From positions 1 through 55,062 of IMG/VR virus record IMGVR_UViG_3300020045_015842: DNA of 55,062 bases; one strand, 5' to 3'. Positions 20,885 to 32,709 of the stretch are shown piece by piece; the stretch's first letter is position 1; each line of letters opens with the position of its first letter. The notes below the pieces were generated by a model, which made no database searches, had not been told where the DNA came from, and saw nothing but the letters and a program-made list of their open reading frames with translations. Position numbers and translations under genes: made by a program. Origin of the DNA: a virus. Its lineage: Duplodnaviria > Caudoviricetes.

Positions 20885-21951
20885 GTTTTGAACTATTAGA
20901 AAAAGAAGTACAAAAAGGACTTGATGGAGGAAATGAAGGACTTCCTATGGGGTTTAATAGATTAAATAGATATATAGGACTTAGAAAAAGTTTATATTTC
21001 TTAATAGGAGGTCTAACAGGAAGTGGTAAAACAAGTTTTGTTGATGACTGTTTTGTTTTAAACCCATATGATTTTTACATTTCTCCTCAAAATAAGAGTA
21101 ATATAAAACTAAAAATTATATATCGCTCTATGGAAAGGAATAAAGCCTATAAACTGGCAAAATGGACTATTAGAAAGATATTTCTTGATTATGGAATAAT
21201 CATTCCTATGGGTTCCTTATTAGGCTGGAAAGGATTTCCTAAACTTACAAAAGACCAACATGACCTGTTTCTTCTCCAGAAGGGGTATATAGAAGGAATG
21301 GATGATTGTATTACTATTATATCGGGTGCAGAGAATCCTGTAGGAATAGCAAAAGAATTAAAAACATATGCTTTAGAAAATGGAAAAATTGAACAAATTG
21401 ATGAATATAATAAAGTATATATTCCTAATGATGAGAATGAAATAACTATTGTTATTTTAGATCATATAGGTCTTTTAAAAACTACAAAGGATTTATACAC
21501 TAAAAAAATGGCAATTGATAAAATGAGTATGGAACTTCAAATTGCTAGAGATTTATATGGATATACACCTGTAGTAGTTAGTCAATTTAATAGAGACATT
21601 TCTAATCCAATGAGACTTAAAAATGGTGATGTAGAACCTCAACTAGAAGATTTTGCAGACAGTTCTCAAACTCAAAATGATTGTGATGTGACCCTAGCAT
21701 TGTTTGATCCCTATCGCTACAAGGTTGATGATCCTTCTGGGTATGATTTAAATAAATTAAAGGACGATAATGGTGCTAAATATTTTAGAAGTTTACGTTT
21801 AATCAAGAATTCTTACGGAAGTGATGATTTAAGAATTGGATTGGGCTTTTTTGGGGAAATTGGAATGTTTAAAGAACTTAAACGTAAAAATGATATGACA
21901 GATAATGATTATGAATCTGTTAGAAATAAAACATGGTTTTTAAATCAATAA
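20881..21951 (+). CDS. DnaB-like (SF4) replicative helicase
   Basis: GGLTGSGKT, SME, ILDHIGLL, VSQFNR, DFADSSQTQNDCD, LIKNSYG. Confidence 0.88.
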   Translation: MSFELLEKEVQKGLDGGNEGLPMGFNRLNRYIGLRKSLYFLIGGLTGSGKTSFVDDCFVLNPYDFYISPQNKSNIKLKIIYRSMERNKAYKLAKWTIRKIFLDYGIIIPMGSLLGWKGFPKLTKDQHDLFLLQKGYIEGMDDCITIISGAENPVGIAKELKTYALENGKIEQIDEYNKVYIPNDENEITIVILDHIGLLKTTKDLYTKKMAIDKMSMELQIARDLYGYTPVVVSQFNRDISNPMRLKNGDVEPQLEDFADSSQTQNDCDVTLALFDPYRYKVDDPSGYDLNKLKDDNGAKYFRSLRLIKNSYGSDDLRIGLGFFGEIGMFKELKRKNDMTDNDYESVRNKTWFLNQ

Positions 21952-22843
21952 ATTATGATACCAGAAAAAGAAATTGAAGAATACATAAATGGATTTGAAC
22001 ATCCTGAATTTCATATTCCAGAATTAATGAGGACATATGGAATATTACAATATAATCTTGCCTTACAAGATGCTGCAAATAATGTAACAGCTAGTATTGT
22101 ACAATCTTCTGTAAATGAAGGAAAAAGGGCAATTGTTAATAAAAACACTATTTTAAATCTAAAAAAATGAAAACACCTATTCAAGAATTAATTAATCATT
22201 TACAAGAAACATGTAAATCATCTAAAGATATAATATCTCCCACAGTTCTATTATTTAGACTTCAAAACTATTTAAAGAAAGAAAAAGAATTTGCAGAAAA
22301 ATGTTTTGAAGCAGGACTAAATAGAGGAATTGATAATGTTATTTCTACAGAATGGGGAGAAGACACTACAACACCAGATTTTGATTCATTTTATAAAGAA
22401 TTTGAAGATGAATCTAATTAATGTTCATATAGATATTTCTCCTTCTAAAGAAAAGAGAGTGTGTCAAAATTGTAAATTGTTTTCTAAATGGGGAGTGCAT
22501 TTGGGATATTGTTCTAAACTCAAAGCAAGAATAACAGAAAGATTAGATTGGGAAACTTGTAAAAAATTTGAAAGAAATGATACTAACAATTAATTTAAAA
22601 GAACTTCCTATAGAAGTAGAATATGAATATGTTCCTGAAGAGCCTATGGTATGGAGAACACAAAATGGAGATGGTTACCCCGGATTTCCAGAACAGGCTC
22701 TCATACAAAATATATCCCACAATAAAGAAAATATCAATAAGTTTATTGATGAAATGGATTGGTGGGATTATATAGAAGAATTAGTATTAGAAGAAATTAA
22801 TAAATCTAGAAAAGAATGAGTAAAACCTATAAATTAAAAATGA

Positions 22844-23677
22844 AATATCCTTCACTTCCTATCATATGAGAATATTAGAATTACTACATCTCAAAAATAT
22901 ATATCTAATTCAATATTAAAATATGGATTTCATAATTTTAAGAAAGAAATTCTATTTTATAATTTAACTAAAGAAGAGGCTAATAAAAAAGAAATAGAGC
23001 TTATAAAATATTATAAAGAACAAAATATTTCTTTAAATATTTCTAAAGGGGGTGAATACCCTTCTTGTTATAATTCCATAGTTACTTATAAAATTAATAA
23101 TGAAGGAGTTATATTAGAAAAATATAATAGTATTAATGAAGCTGCTGCTCTTAATGGTATTGAGCAATCTGCAATATCTATAGCTAATAAAAGTAAAACT
23201 TTTTATGCAAATAATAATTTTTATATTTATGAACATTTATTTAATTCTGGAGAATTTATAACTAAAAATTATTTAGGGAAGGATAAAGAAAAATCAGTTA
23301 TACAATTATCTCTTAAAGGGCTTTTTGTAAAAAGATTTGATTCTTTAGCCAAAGCAGCTAAAGCCATAGGTGTAACTCATGAAAGTATAAGAGTTGCTAT
23401 AGTTAATGGTTGTTCAAGAAAATGCAAAGAACACTTATGGGTATATGAAGAAGATTATAATCCAGAAAAAAATTATAAATATATAAAAAAAATAAGTAAA
23501 AACTTAAAACCAATATTAGCTATAAATAAAGAAACTTTAGAAAGTAAAGAATATCCTAGCATTATTTCTGCCAGTAGAGAGTTGGGTATTGAAAAATCTG
23601 TTATTGAATATCAAATTAAATATAATAGTTCTGGGAATAAAAAAACAAAATTTAAATTTAAAATAAAAAATGAATAA
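22844..23677 (+). pseudogene. 5'-truncated GIY-YIG/NUMOD1 homing endonuclease (open frame, no standard start near the 5' end)
   Basis: Hand translation: NSILKYGFHNFKKEIL..KEIELIKYYK..SLNISKGG plus three NUMOD1-like repeats; homologous to 6820..7524. Confidence 0.8.
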
Positions 23678-24332
23678 AGTAGTAGCATTACAAATATGTA
23701 AACGATTAGCAGAGCAAGGAAATGAAGAAGCTAAAATATTATATGAAGAAAATAAACCTCAATACTCTAAAAAAGACATTATTAAAATTTTAAAAGGATT
23801 TGATAATGAAATTTGTGAATATGAAAACGGAGATGACGAAAGTTACTTATATTTTATAAATAAATACAAATGAGCAAACCAATTGAAAGAATAAATCCAT
23901 TTTTGGATTTTATATATCCAGAATTTGAAAAATTGTTATTTAATATTTATAAATTAGAAATAACAAAAGATGAATATTATAAATTTTTAGGAAATTTTGT
24001 TTCTCAAACTAATATTGTAGAAAAATATTGGTTAGAAAATCCTGATTTAAGATTTTCACAAGTGTTAATTAATTTAGGAATTATTCCAAATATTCCCGGA
24101 GTTTGGTATTATATAGAAGAAGATGAAATTCTTGAACAATTAGGAATTGAATCAAGAGAATATTTGCTCTGGGGACAAAACTATGACAAAAACATAAAAC
24201 TTCTTCCTAAAACTATAAGAAAACCTATTAAGGATTTAACAACAGAACATATACAAGCTATTCTTGATGGTGGTTATGCAGGAAATAAGAAATATTTAGA
24301 GTGTTTTAAAAATGAATTAAAATTAAGAGAAA

Positions 24333-24839
24333 ATGGATAAAAGTTATCCTAGGTTTATAAGTGATTTACACCTAGGGCACAAAAATATGGCAATACATAG
24401 GGGATTTAATAATGAAGAAGAATGTGATGAGCATTTAATAAAACAATGGAATTCTATTATTAAATCCCCCAAACAATTAGTATATATTCTTGGTGATATA
24501 TCTATGGAGAAATCTAAAGATTATTATAAATTAGATAAGTTAATAGGAAGAAAAATTGTTGTATTAGGAAACCACGATAGGCATCAAGATATAAGAGAGC
24601 TGTTAAAATATGTTGAGAATGTTGCAGGAATGATAGACTATAAGGGGTTTATTCTTACACATTGCCCTATTCATTCTACAGAGCTTCTAGAGAAGTATAG
24701 AGGAAATATTCATGGACATAATCATGATAATTATATTGATAATCTAAGATATTTTAATGTTGCTTGTGAGCAAATTAATTATCAACCTAAAACAATAGAA
24801 GAATTAATAGAAATTAACAAAATAAAATTTAATTTATGA
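24333..24839 (+). CDS. calcineurin-like metallophosphoesterase
   Basis: SDLHLGH, LGD, GNHD, THCP, HGH. Confidence 0.92.
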   Translation: MDKSYPRFISDLHLGHKNMAIHRGFNNEEECDEHLIKQWNSIIKSPKQLVYILGDISMEKSKDYYKLDKLIGRKIVVLGNHDRHQDIRELLKYVENVAGMIDYKGFILTHCPIHSTELLEKYRGNIHGHNHDNYIDNLRYFNVACEQINYQPKTIEELIEINKIKFNL

Positions 24840-25539
24840 AAAAACAAATTTATAACACATTACCAAATAAGAATTCTGAATATTGGCAATTTTCATTATT
24901 GCCTGAACTCTCTGTATTAAGACATAAAGAAGGACAATATATTTGTATTGTTCTTACATGGCTATTTTGGTCTGTTGATTTTACTATTAGTTGTTCTAAA
25001 TAAGAATAATATGGAAAGAAAAACTGGTTATTATTATGTATTTACGGATTCTGAATTTTGGGATATAGCTTTTTATAACTCTAACTATAAAAATTGGTTT
25101 ATGTGTGGGGTAGAAGAAGAATTTACAGATGATGATTTTGTTAGTATTAATGAAAAACAAATTGAATATGAAAATTAATATAAATACGAAAGATAAGCTA
25201 ATTAGATTAGATGAGTCTGTTTCCCTAGGTGATCTTTTTACACAATTAGAAGAATTACTTCCTGATATGAAATGGAGAGAATATACATTATTGGCTAAAG
25301 ATGATGGGCCAATTTGCCTTCAAATTACTCCTAAATATGAACAACCTCATACAGGCAATCCTTCTCCATTTTTCACATATACAACTTCTTAATTATGAAA
25401 AGATATTTATTTACAGTTAGATTATTAGGAGTGGGTAATAGTGTAGAAAAAGCATGGAAAGATGCTATAGAAGCTACAGATTTATATGAATTTACCACAC
25501 CGGATAAAAGTGATTGGGAACTTGTAGAAGAAGATATAG

Positions 25540-25836
25540 ATGAGTAATAGTATTCGTGATATTAGGCAAAAAGAGTTTGCAGAGATGTATATAAAGAGTA
25601 AAAGATACTCCATTCTCCATTTGTGCCCCCGATTCGGAAAGATATATTGTTCAATACTAATATTAAAAGAATTAAATCCTAATTCTGTATTAATTGTCTA
25701 TCCCGATGAGAAAATAAGAAACTCTTGGAAAGCAGATTTTGAGGAATTAGAATATGATGATAGCAAAGTATGTTATACAACATATTTGTCCTTGTGGAAG
25801 CATGTAGAAGAGAAATATGATATTATTATATTGGAT
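25540..25836 (+). CDS. SF2 (DExH) helicase, exon 1
   Basis: Q-motif RDIRQ, Walker A-like CPRFGK, ends DIIILD. Confidence 0.88.
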
Positions 25837-26049
25837 TAAAATTAGTTCAATTAAAACCAAGTTAATTGACTGGAAACCCCTTAGAGCCTTATACACTCCT
25901 TACAACAGTAATGATTGTAATATAGTAAAAGAGATAAGGATTGGGCAATCAGCAGCCAAGCTTCCTGCTAGGAAGAAGGTTCAACGACTATCGAAACCAC
26001 ATAGTAATATGGAAGGGAGTAGAGTAAAGAAAGAAATTTCTTGAAACGC

Positions 26050-26080
26050 TTGGATAATTATAAATTTATTAGTACTATTG
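26050..26080 (+). promoter_or_regulatory. possible Bacteroidota-type promoter for the intron ORF
   Basis: TTG-N20-TACTATTG (one mismatch to TAnnTTTG), 23 nt before ATG 26104. Confidence 0.4.
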
Positions 26081-26103
26081 TAGTGAACTTTAAAACAATA
26101 GTC

Positions 26104-26862
26104 ATGTTAAAACTTTTTAGAATTTATTCATTAAGTCACCCTATAACAAAAGAGATAGGTTATATAGGGGCAACAACACTTTTATTAAATGTACGATATA
26201 GTCAGCATAAGCACAATGCATTAACAAAAAACCTAGATAGAAAAGTATATATCTGGTTTAGAGAAATTGTTGCAGAAGGTTTATTACCAGAGATAAAATG
26301 GATAGATACAGGTACAGAAGATAATTGGAAAGAAAAAGAGACTTTTTGGATTGAAAAGTATAAAAAAGCAAATAATGTGAGTAAGGGAGGATCAGGTATT
26401 GTTCTAAATAGAACATCTGAGAGTAAACAGAGAACAATAGATGCCCATAAAAAAGTAGTAGTATTACTAGATAAAAAATTTAAATTACTAGAGGAATTTT
26501 CTTCATTAAGAGAATTAGCAAAGTTTTTAAATGTGGGTATAACTGCAATATCAAATGCACTTAATATTAAAGGCACAAATAGCGTACAAGGATATATAGT
26601 GCTATTTAAAGAAGATTTTCTATCTGGAAATTTTATTAAAGAATATAAAGGAACATATAAAGATATTTACCAATATTCTTTAAATGGAGAATTTATTAAA
26701 AAATTCCCAAAAGTAGTTGATGCTTTAAGAGAAGTTAATCCTTGTAAATATTCAAGTGGATTATATGAAGCAGCAGATAGGAATGGAACTTGTGGAAAAT
26801 ATTATTGGTCTTTTGAATACTCTAATAACCTTTTACTAATGAAAAGTAATTATAAGATATAG
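26104..26862 (+). CDS. intron-encoded GIY-YIG homing endonuclease with NUMOD-like repeats
   Basis: RIYSL..IGYIGAT..RYSQH..KETFWI..NVSKGG; stop codon lies inside the S element. Confidence 0.88.
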   Translation: MLKLFRIYSLSHPITKEIGYIGATTLLLNVRYSQHKHNALTKNLDRKVYIWFREIVAEGLLPEIKWIDTGTEDNWKEKETFWIEKYKKANNVSKGGSGIVLNRTSESKQRTIDAHKKVVVLLDKKFKLLEEFSSLRELAKFLNVGITAISNALNIKGTNSVQGYIVLFKEDFLSGNFIKEYKGTYKDIYQYSLNGEFIKKFPKVVDALREVNPCKYSSGLYEAADRNGTCGKYYWSFEYSNNLLLMKSNYKI

Positions 26863-26898
26863 TCTCGTCTTTATAGAAATATAAAGTTAAGAAAAACG

Positions 26899-27681
26899 GA
26901 AGTACACACAATGTCAAGCAATCAAATAGAAGAAGCTAAGAAGCTTTTTAAACTAAATAAGGTGTGTTTAGGATTATCGGGAACAATTAGTAAGGAGACA
27001 GAAAAAACTCTCTTAAATGAGCTTAATTTATCTATTCTTGCTAATTATTCTATAGAACAAGCAATAGAAGAAGGTGTAATTGTAGATTATGAAATTTCTG
27101 TTATAAAAGTGCCTTTAGATAATAAATTGAGAATATATAAAGGAAAAACTGAAAAGCAGAAATTTGATGGATACACACATGTAATTAATAAAATGGAAGA
27201 TTTAGGTAAAGATACATTCTTTCTAAGACTTTCAAGAATGAGACTTATACAGAATTCTGTTGCTAAAAAGAATAAAACTATAGAACTTCTAAATAAGCAT
27301 AGTGATGAACGTGTATTAGTATTTTGTGGAACTACAAAAATTGCTGATAGCTTGGGTATCTCATCTTTCCATAGTAAATCTAAAGATAAAGAATTATTTA
27401 CAAAATTTGCTTCTGGAGAAGGAAATCAAATGGCTGTTGTAAAAATTGGTAATACTGGAACCACTTATATGCCCTTAAACTATGTAATAATTAATTATGC
27501 AGACTCAAATCCTGAAAATTTATGTCAGAAAATATTGCGTTCAATGAATTTTGAATATGACAATTTAGAAAAATCTGCTCATATCTTCATTATTTCTTCT
27601 ACAGAACTAGTTGAATTAAAGTGGATTAGTAAAGCATTAACTATGTTTAATAAAGAAAAGATAACATATTATGAAAACTGA
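26899..27681 (+). CDS. SF2 (DExH) helicase, exon 2
   Basis: EVHTM, motif III GLSGT, RVLVFC, GNTG, QKILR; spliced product 359 aa. Confidence 0.88.
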   Translation, partial: EVHTMSSNQIEEAKKLFKLNKVCLGLSGTISKETEKTLLNELNLSILANYSIEQAIEEGVIVDYEISVIKVPLDNKLRIYKGKTEKQKFDGYTHVINKMEDLGKDTFFLRLSRMRLIQNSVAKKNKTIELLNKHSDERVLVFCGTTKIADSLGISSFHSKSKDKELFTKFASGEGNQMAVVKIGNTGTTYMPLNYVIINYADSNPENLCQKILRSMNFEYDNLEKSAHIFIISSTELVELKWISKALTMFNKEKITYYEN

Positions 27682-28406
27682 AACATTTGTAATAGAATAT
27701 AAAATCTATTTTACATTAAAACCTCCACAAATACATGAAACAAAAATAAAAAATTGTATGGGAGAACTACATGCTAAAATAAAATTAGAAGATTGGCTTA
27801 AAAAGAAACATTCTGATTTTAAAAAATTAGAAGTAATAAAATGTGAGAAAGATATATTAAGTGCTTTTGGGGATTTATTTGATAAAAATAATCCTTTTGG
27901 ATTTTAATAAATAAAATATGGAAATATATGATATAGTGAAGAAATTAGTAGGAAATATAAACCCTATTGGTAAAACAGAAATAGATGAAAAAAGATTTGA
28001 AAATCTTAAAATATTGTGTCATTTAGTAAATCAATTAGTAATAGATATTGATAATGTCAGTTATGAAAACAGAAAGGCTCAAGAATTTTCAATAAAAAGA
28101 GCTTCAGATTATGCAAGTAATTTTTTAAGAAAAGAAATTGGAATATCTGAATAATCTGTTATACAACACATTAAAACATTCTCTTATATAGAGAATAAAT
28201 TGTAATTTTATATTCCTTTAAAATATGAATATGACTAGAGAAGAAATTCTAGAAAAAGTGACAGGATGTAATATAGATTTTATTAATGATCATATAGACT
28301 GTATAATTTTATCAGAAGTAATAAATGCAATGCAAGAATATGCAGATCAAGAAGTAGAAAAAATAATTGAAATATATAAATTCAATAATACAAATACAAA
28401 TTAAAC

Positions 28407-29234
28407 ATGAACGAGAAAGAAGAATTAAAACTACCAGATGAAATTACAGAAATCCAAATTAGTAATCCAAGAGACCTTTGTGTTTTGTCAATCCCCAAGA
28501 TGGGTAAAGGTACAATATTAGGAGATTTTACATTAACACATAATGCTCTTGTATTAGATTTAGAAAAAGGAGGATATGAATATATTAAAGCGAGAAAACT
28601 TAGTACATATACTTCTCAAGAAACTACTACATGGGAGAGTTTTCAAAATTATATTAAATATCGTAACCTCCTTCTAGAGAACAAGGGGAAATACGAGTAT
28701 TTAATTATTGATGGGTTATCTGATTTAGATGATTTATCAAATATTGGGGGAACTTTGGCATATATGAATAGTATTATAGGTAAAAAATTCAACAGAGAAG
28801 GAAATGAACCAACAGGTAGAAAATATACTCCTATTGATTCTGAATGGAAAAGTGTATTAACATTACCAGAAGGATCGGGGTATGCCTCAACGAGATTATG
28901 GTTCTTACAACAAATTGAAATATTTAGACAGATTGCTCCTTATAGAATATTTGCAGGTCATATAGCAGATAAATATATTAAGGATAATGGTAAAGAAGAA
29001 GTAATAGGTAGTGAGATTTTTCTAACGGGGAAATTGAAAAATATCTTCGCATCAAAAATTACAAGTTTATGCAAACTTGTTGCTGATGGCGATGAAAGAT
29101 ATTTAAATTTTGATGTTATGAATGATTCAGTGTTGGCAGGAAGTCGTGCTCCACAGTTAAATGGAAGAATTCTTATTTCAAAACAAAATAGGGATAAGAG
29201 TGTTAATACTTATTGGGAAAATATTTACAAATAA
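28407..29234 (+). CDS. P-loop NTPase (AAA_24/Sak4-like)
   Basis: PKMGKGT, LDLEKG, IIDGL; precedes an SSB-like gene. Confidence 0.75.
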   Translation: MNEKEELKLPDEITEIQISNPRDLCVLSIPKMGKGTILGDFTLTHNALVLDLEKGGYEYIKARKLSTYTSQETTTWESFQNYIKYRNLLLENKGKYEYLIIDGLSDLDDLSNIGGTLAYMNSIIGKKFNREGNEPTGRKYTPIDSEWKSVLTLPEGSGYASTRLWFLQQIEIFRQIAPYRIFAGHIADKYIKDNGKEEVIGSEIFLTGKLKNIFASKITSLCKLVADGDERYLNFDVMNDSVLAGSRAPQLNGRILISKQNRDKSVNTYWENIYK

Positions 29235-29259
29235 TAAATAAATTTAAAACTTAGAAATT

Positions 29260-30123
29260 ATGAGTATTGGTGGAAATCGTAGAGAAAATACTGGAGATTC
29301 ATTCTCTAAAAGTGTGGGATTATACGAAGGGAAAATCGTAAGTATAAATCCCTCCATAGAAGAGTATAAAGAAGTGTTGGGAATTGAGCTTAAAGAAGAT
29401 TCTAAGGCTACAGAGTATATTGGAGAAAGTAAAGAGGGTAACACGTATCTTCGTATTAATGTTTGGACAGAAGATGTTAAAACAGGAAATAAATATCCTA
29501 TTCAATTTTATTTAGAGAATAAAGAAAAGGAAAATAAGGATGCTACAAAGAAACAATACATTAATAATGTTGGTGTGTGTTCTTGGGCTGAAAGTCCTAA
29601 AAATCTTCCTGAATGGTTTTCTGAAAGAGACTATAGAGTGGCATATGTTGGAGAAGAAGAATTATATAATTTCATGAGAACATGGCTTTCTTCTCTAGAT
29701 TATAGAAGTGCAGAAACAACTCTTGAATTAGATTGGAAAAAACTAATGAGAGGAAATGTAAAAGATTTAAAAGATCAAATTGATGGTGAATGGGCAAATA
29801 ATATTGTTGCTCCTGCAACTATAAAGATTCAGGAAAAGGATGGTGAGATGAAGGAATATCAATCAGTTTGGAATAAAGCCTTTCTATCACCATATTCTCT
29901 TAAACAATTTAGACTTGTAGATTATAATAATCCAATGGTTCTTGAAAATTTAAAAAGGAAAAAACCAAAGGAAATGAAAGCTCATGAAAAATTTGTTGTT
30001 CAAATTACAAGTGAATATGGCTGTAAAGATGTATTCTATCTAGGAGATTTAAAAGAGTATGTTGCTGATGAATTCCTACAAGGTTCAGATAAAGTAATAG
30101 ATGAGAGTGATTCATCCTATTAA
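29260..30123 (+). CDS. putative single-stranded DNA-binding protein
   Basis: Beta-rich, acidic C-terminal tail ending in an aromatic residue, position after the NTPase, terminator behind. Confidence 0.55.
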   Translation: MSIGGNRRENTGDSFSKSVGLYEGKIVSINPSIEEYKEVLGIELKEDSKATEYIGESKEGNTYLRINVWTEDVKTGNKYPIQFYLENKEKENKDATKKQYINNVGVCSWAESPKNLPEWFSERDYRVAYVGEEELYNFMRTWLSSLDYRSAETTLELDWKKLMRGNVKDLKDQIDGEWANNIVAPATIKIQEKDGEMKEYQSVWNKAFLSPYSLKQFRLVDYNNPMVLENLKRKKPKEMKAHEKFVVQITSEYGCKDVFYLGDLKEYVADEFLQGSDKVIDESDSSY

Positions 30124-30142
30124 TAAATTTTAATTGTTTAAC

Positions 30143-30178
30143 TAGCCCTAATGCAGAGATGTATTAGGGCTTTATTTT
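30143..30178 (+). terminator. intrinsic terminator
   Basis: AGCCCTAATGCA-GAGA-TGTATTAGGGCT plus TTATTTT. Confidence 0.75.
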
Positions 30179-30650
30179 CTCTATATATGAGAATAGGAAA
30201 TATTGTAAAAACTGTTTATGGTAGTATAGTTATTATAACTAGAGTTGATAGTAATTATGTACATTGGATATCTGCAACACATGGTAATTCAAGTGGAGGT
30301 ACAAATATACTTACAACAGAGATTGAAACTGATTGTGACTGTGTATTTGAATGTTGTGGCCAACCAGATTTAGAATGTCTTAACTGTAAAGGCACAGGAA
30401 AAATAATAGAGATAAAATATGGAATGGATAAGGCAATAATTCTTGCTGATAATATGTTTGAATATATTAAAACTAGAATGCTAAAAAACTTTGATTTTTA
30501 AATGATTAAAGGAAATTATAAAATAAGTACTTTTTATTCTTTAAAAGGATATTATTTTGGTATTTCTTCTAAGTTTTTTGGAAAAAATAGAGCATATTAC
30601 TATAAATTTTATGATTTAGATGAATATAAAGAATATTTTACTCCATAAGT

Positions 30651-31655
30651 ATGATTAAAGGAAAACGTAAAACGGAGCTATCGGCAGAAGAAATATTAAA
30701 AAGAATAAGCAATTTTGATATTTTTCATAAATACTTCGGGCCATTCAAAATAAATGAAACTTGTCTTAATCATTTAAGAGGAGAGAAGAATAATCCTTCA
30801 TTTATTATTGGAAATAGATATGGAGAACTTCTTAGTCATGATTGGGGAGATAATTCTTGGAGTGGTAATGCTTTTCAGTTTGTACAAAGAATTTATCAAT
30901 GTTCTTATGATGAAGCTTTAAGAATTATTGACAAAGATTTCAATTTAGGAATTCTATCTGGAGAATTAGGAACAGAATATAAGAAAATAACCTCTCAATA
31001 TAAACAACCAGAAGAAGCAGGTAAACGATATTCTCTTATACAGGTGGTAACAAGAAAGTTTACAGAGCCTGAATTGAATTATTGGCTTTCGTACTATCAG
31101 ACAATAGATGATTTAAGGGCTAATAATATCTATAGTATAAAAGAAGTTTATCTGAATAAGAAAAGATATTCTATTCCTGATGATGAATTAAGATTTGGAT
31201 ATTTTTATCCTTCTGGTGGTTGGTGGAAAATTTATAGACCTTTTGCAAGTAAAAAGAGTAAATGGGTTAGTAATGTTCCTTTAACAACAGCTTATGGGTT
31301 AGAGAATCTGGATAAGAATTATAATACACTCCTGACAAAATCCTTAAAGGATTATATGGTGTGTAGAAAAGTATATCCTTATGTATGTCATATCCAAAAT
31401 GAATCCCTTTCTGCATTATCTTCAGAAACTATTAAATATCTTATAGAAAACTCTAAAGAAATATTTGTTGGCTTGGACAATGATGATGCAGGAAAGAAAG
31501 CTTCTTGGGAAATTACAAGTTTATTTGGTTGGAAACATATTAATCCACCAGATAGACTATTATGCAGAGGTAAGACCGATTTCTCTGATTGGGCTTCTTG
31601 TGAAGGATTAGAAAAAGTTAAAGAACATTTTATAGCTAAAAAATTAATTGAATGA
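30651..31655 (+). CDS. DnaG-like TOPRIM primase
   Basis: Degenerate zinc-finger region LRGEKNNPSF..DWG, KIYRP, LTKSLKD, GLDNDDAG, TDFSD. Confidence 0.8.
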   Translation: MIKGKRKTELSAEEILKRISNFDIFHKYFGPFKINETCLNHLRGEKNNPSFIIGNRYGELLSHDWGDNSWSGNAFQFVQRIYQCSYDEALRIIDKDFNLGILSGELGTEYKKITSQYKQPEEAGKRYSLIQVVTRKFTEPELNYWLSYYQTIDDLRANNIYSIKEVYLNKKRYSIPDDELRFGYFYPSGGWWKIYRPFASKKSKWVSNVPLTTAYGLENLDKNYNTLLTKSLKDYMVCRKVYPYVCHIQNESLSALSSETIKYLIENSKEIFVGLDNDDAGKKASWEITSLFGWKHINPPDRLLCRGKTDFSDWASCEGLEKVKEHFIAKKLIE

Positions 31656-32709
31656 CAAGAGAAGAATATCATTTATTTAAAAATGAAGTACATGCTAAAA
31701 CAACAGGAGCCAATATACATTATATAAATGGTAAATTAGGACTTATAATAAACTCTATTGCAATTCTTGAATGTGCCGATGATCAAGAAATAATAGATAG
31801 ATATACAGAAATGATACCTAAATGCATTAAAGAAATAAATATTAAATTACATGAATGAAAAACTAAAATTTAATTTAAACAGACTCAAAAAAGATTTTGA
31901 AGATGTTATTGATGAATTAGAGAATGAAATTATAGGATTAGAGGAAAAAATTAATAATGCTATCTCTCCTGCATATGTAAAAGAATTAGAAAGAGAATCA
32001 GATAATAGAGGGGCAGAATTAGATAAAGCCGAAGAGAAAATTGAGGAATTAGAAGATAAAATAAAAGAGAAAGACGAAAAAATTGAAGAATTACAGAGTA
32101 GAATTTCAGAATTAGAACAATTTCTCAAATCTTACAAAGATGTATAATCTTCTTCTTTAGAATTATTACAAAATTAGTACTAAGAGTAAATAAAATAGAA
32201 TAAATATAAAGAATATGAATATAGATGAAAGAGTAGATTTAAGTAGTATTTTATATGGATTTGATGAATATCTATTAAATAGTCCTTCTTGTTCTCAAGA
32301 AGATAGAGAAATAGGAATGGAATTATTCTCTAAGTTTATAGGGAGTGTATTTACAGAGGAATGCTTAAATTGTGGAGCTAAACTTTATTTAACTAATGAT
32401 AGTGTTTCTGAAGATGAATATGGAAAATATGTAGTATGTAGAGAATGTGAAAGTAGTTTTAATATAAAAGAATAAAAATATGAATAGACAATTAGCTAAT
32501 AAAGTAGATATTGCAATTTCTTCTATAGAAGATCTTGTAAGTGAGGTGAATAATTTGGAGAGTATTAATGAAGATTTAGAAGATACAATTGAAGGTTTAA
32601 ATAAAAAATTAGAAAATCTTTCAGAAATTATTGATAAATATACATATCAAATTGATATTTTAATGGGAGAAAATAATTTATTAAGAGAACAATTAAATAA
32701 TATAGAATA

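Larger units (their letters stand above)
25837..26898 (+). mobile_element. group I self-splicing intron carrying a homing endonuclease gene
   Basis: 5' exon ends in U with P1 TTGGAT/GTTCAA; P AATTGACTGGAAA 25864, Q AATCAGCAG 25947, R GTTCAACGACTA 25979, S AAGATATAGTC 26854; P9 CTTTATA-GAAA-TATAAAG; terminal G; splicing restores ILD|EVH. Confidence 0.93.

Noticed and set aside
25817-26044. 75-aa ORF
   Set aside because: Overlies the intron catalytic core (P, Q, R); chance frame
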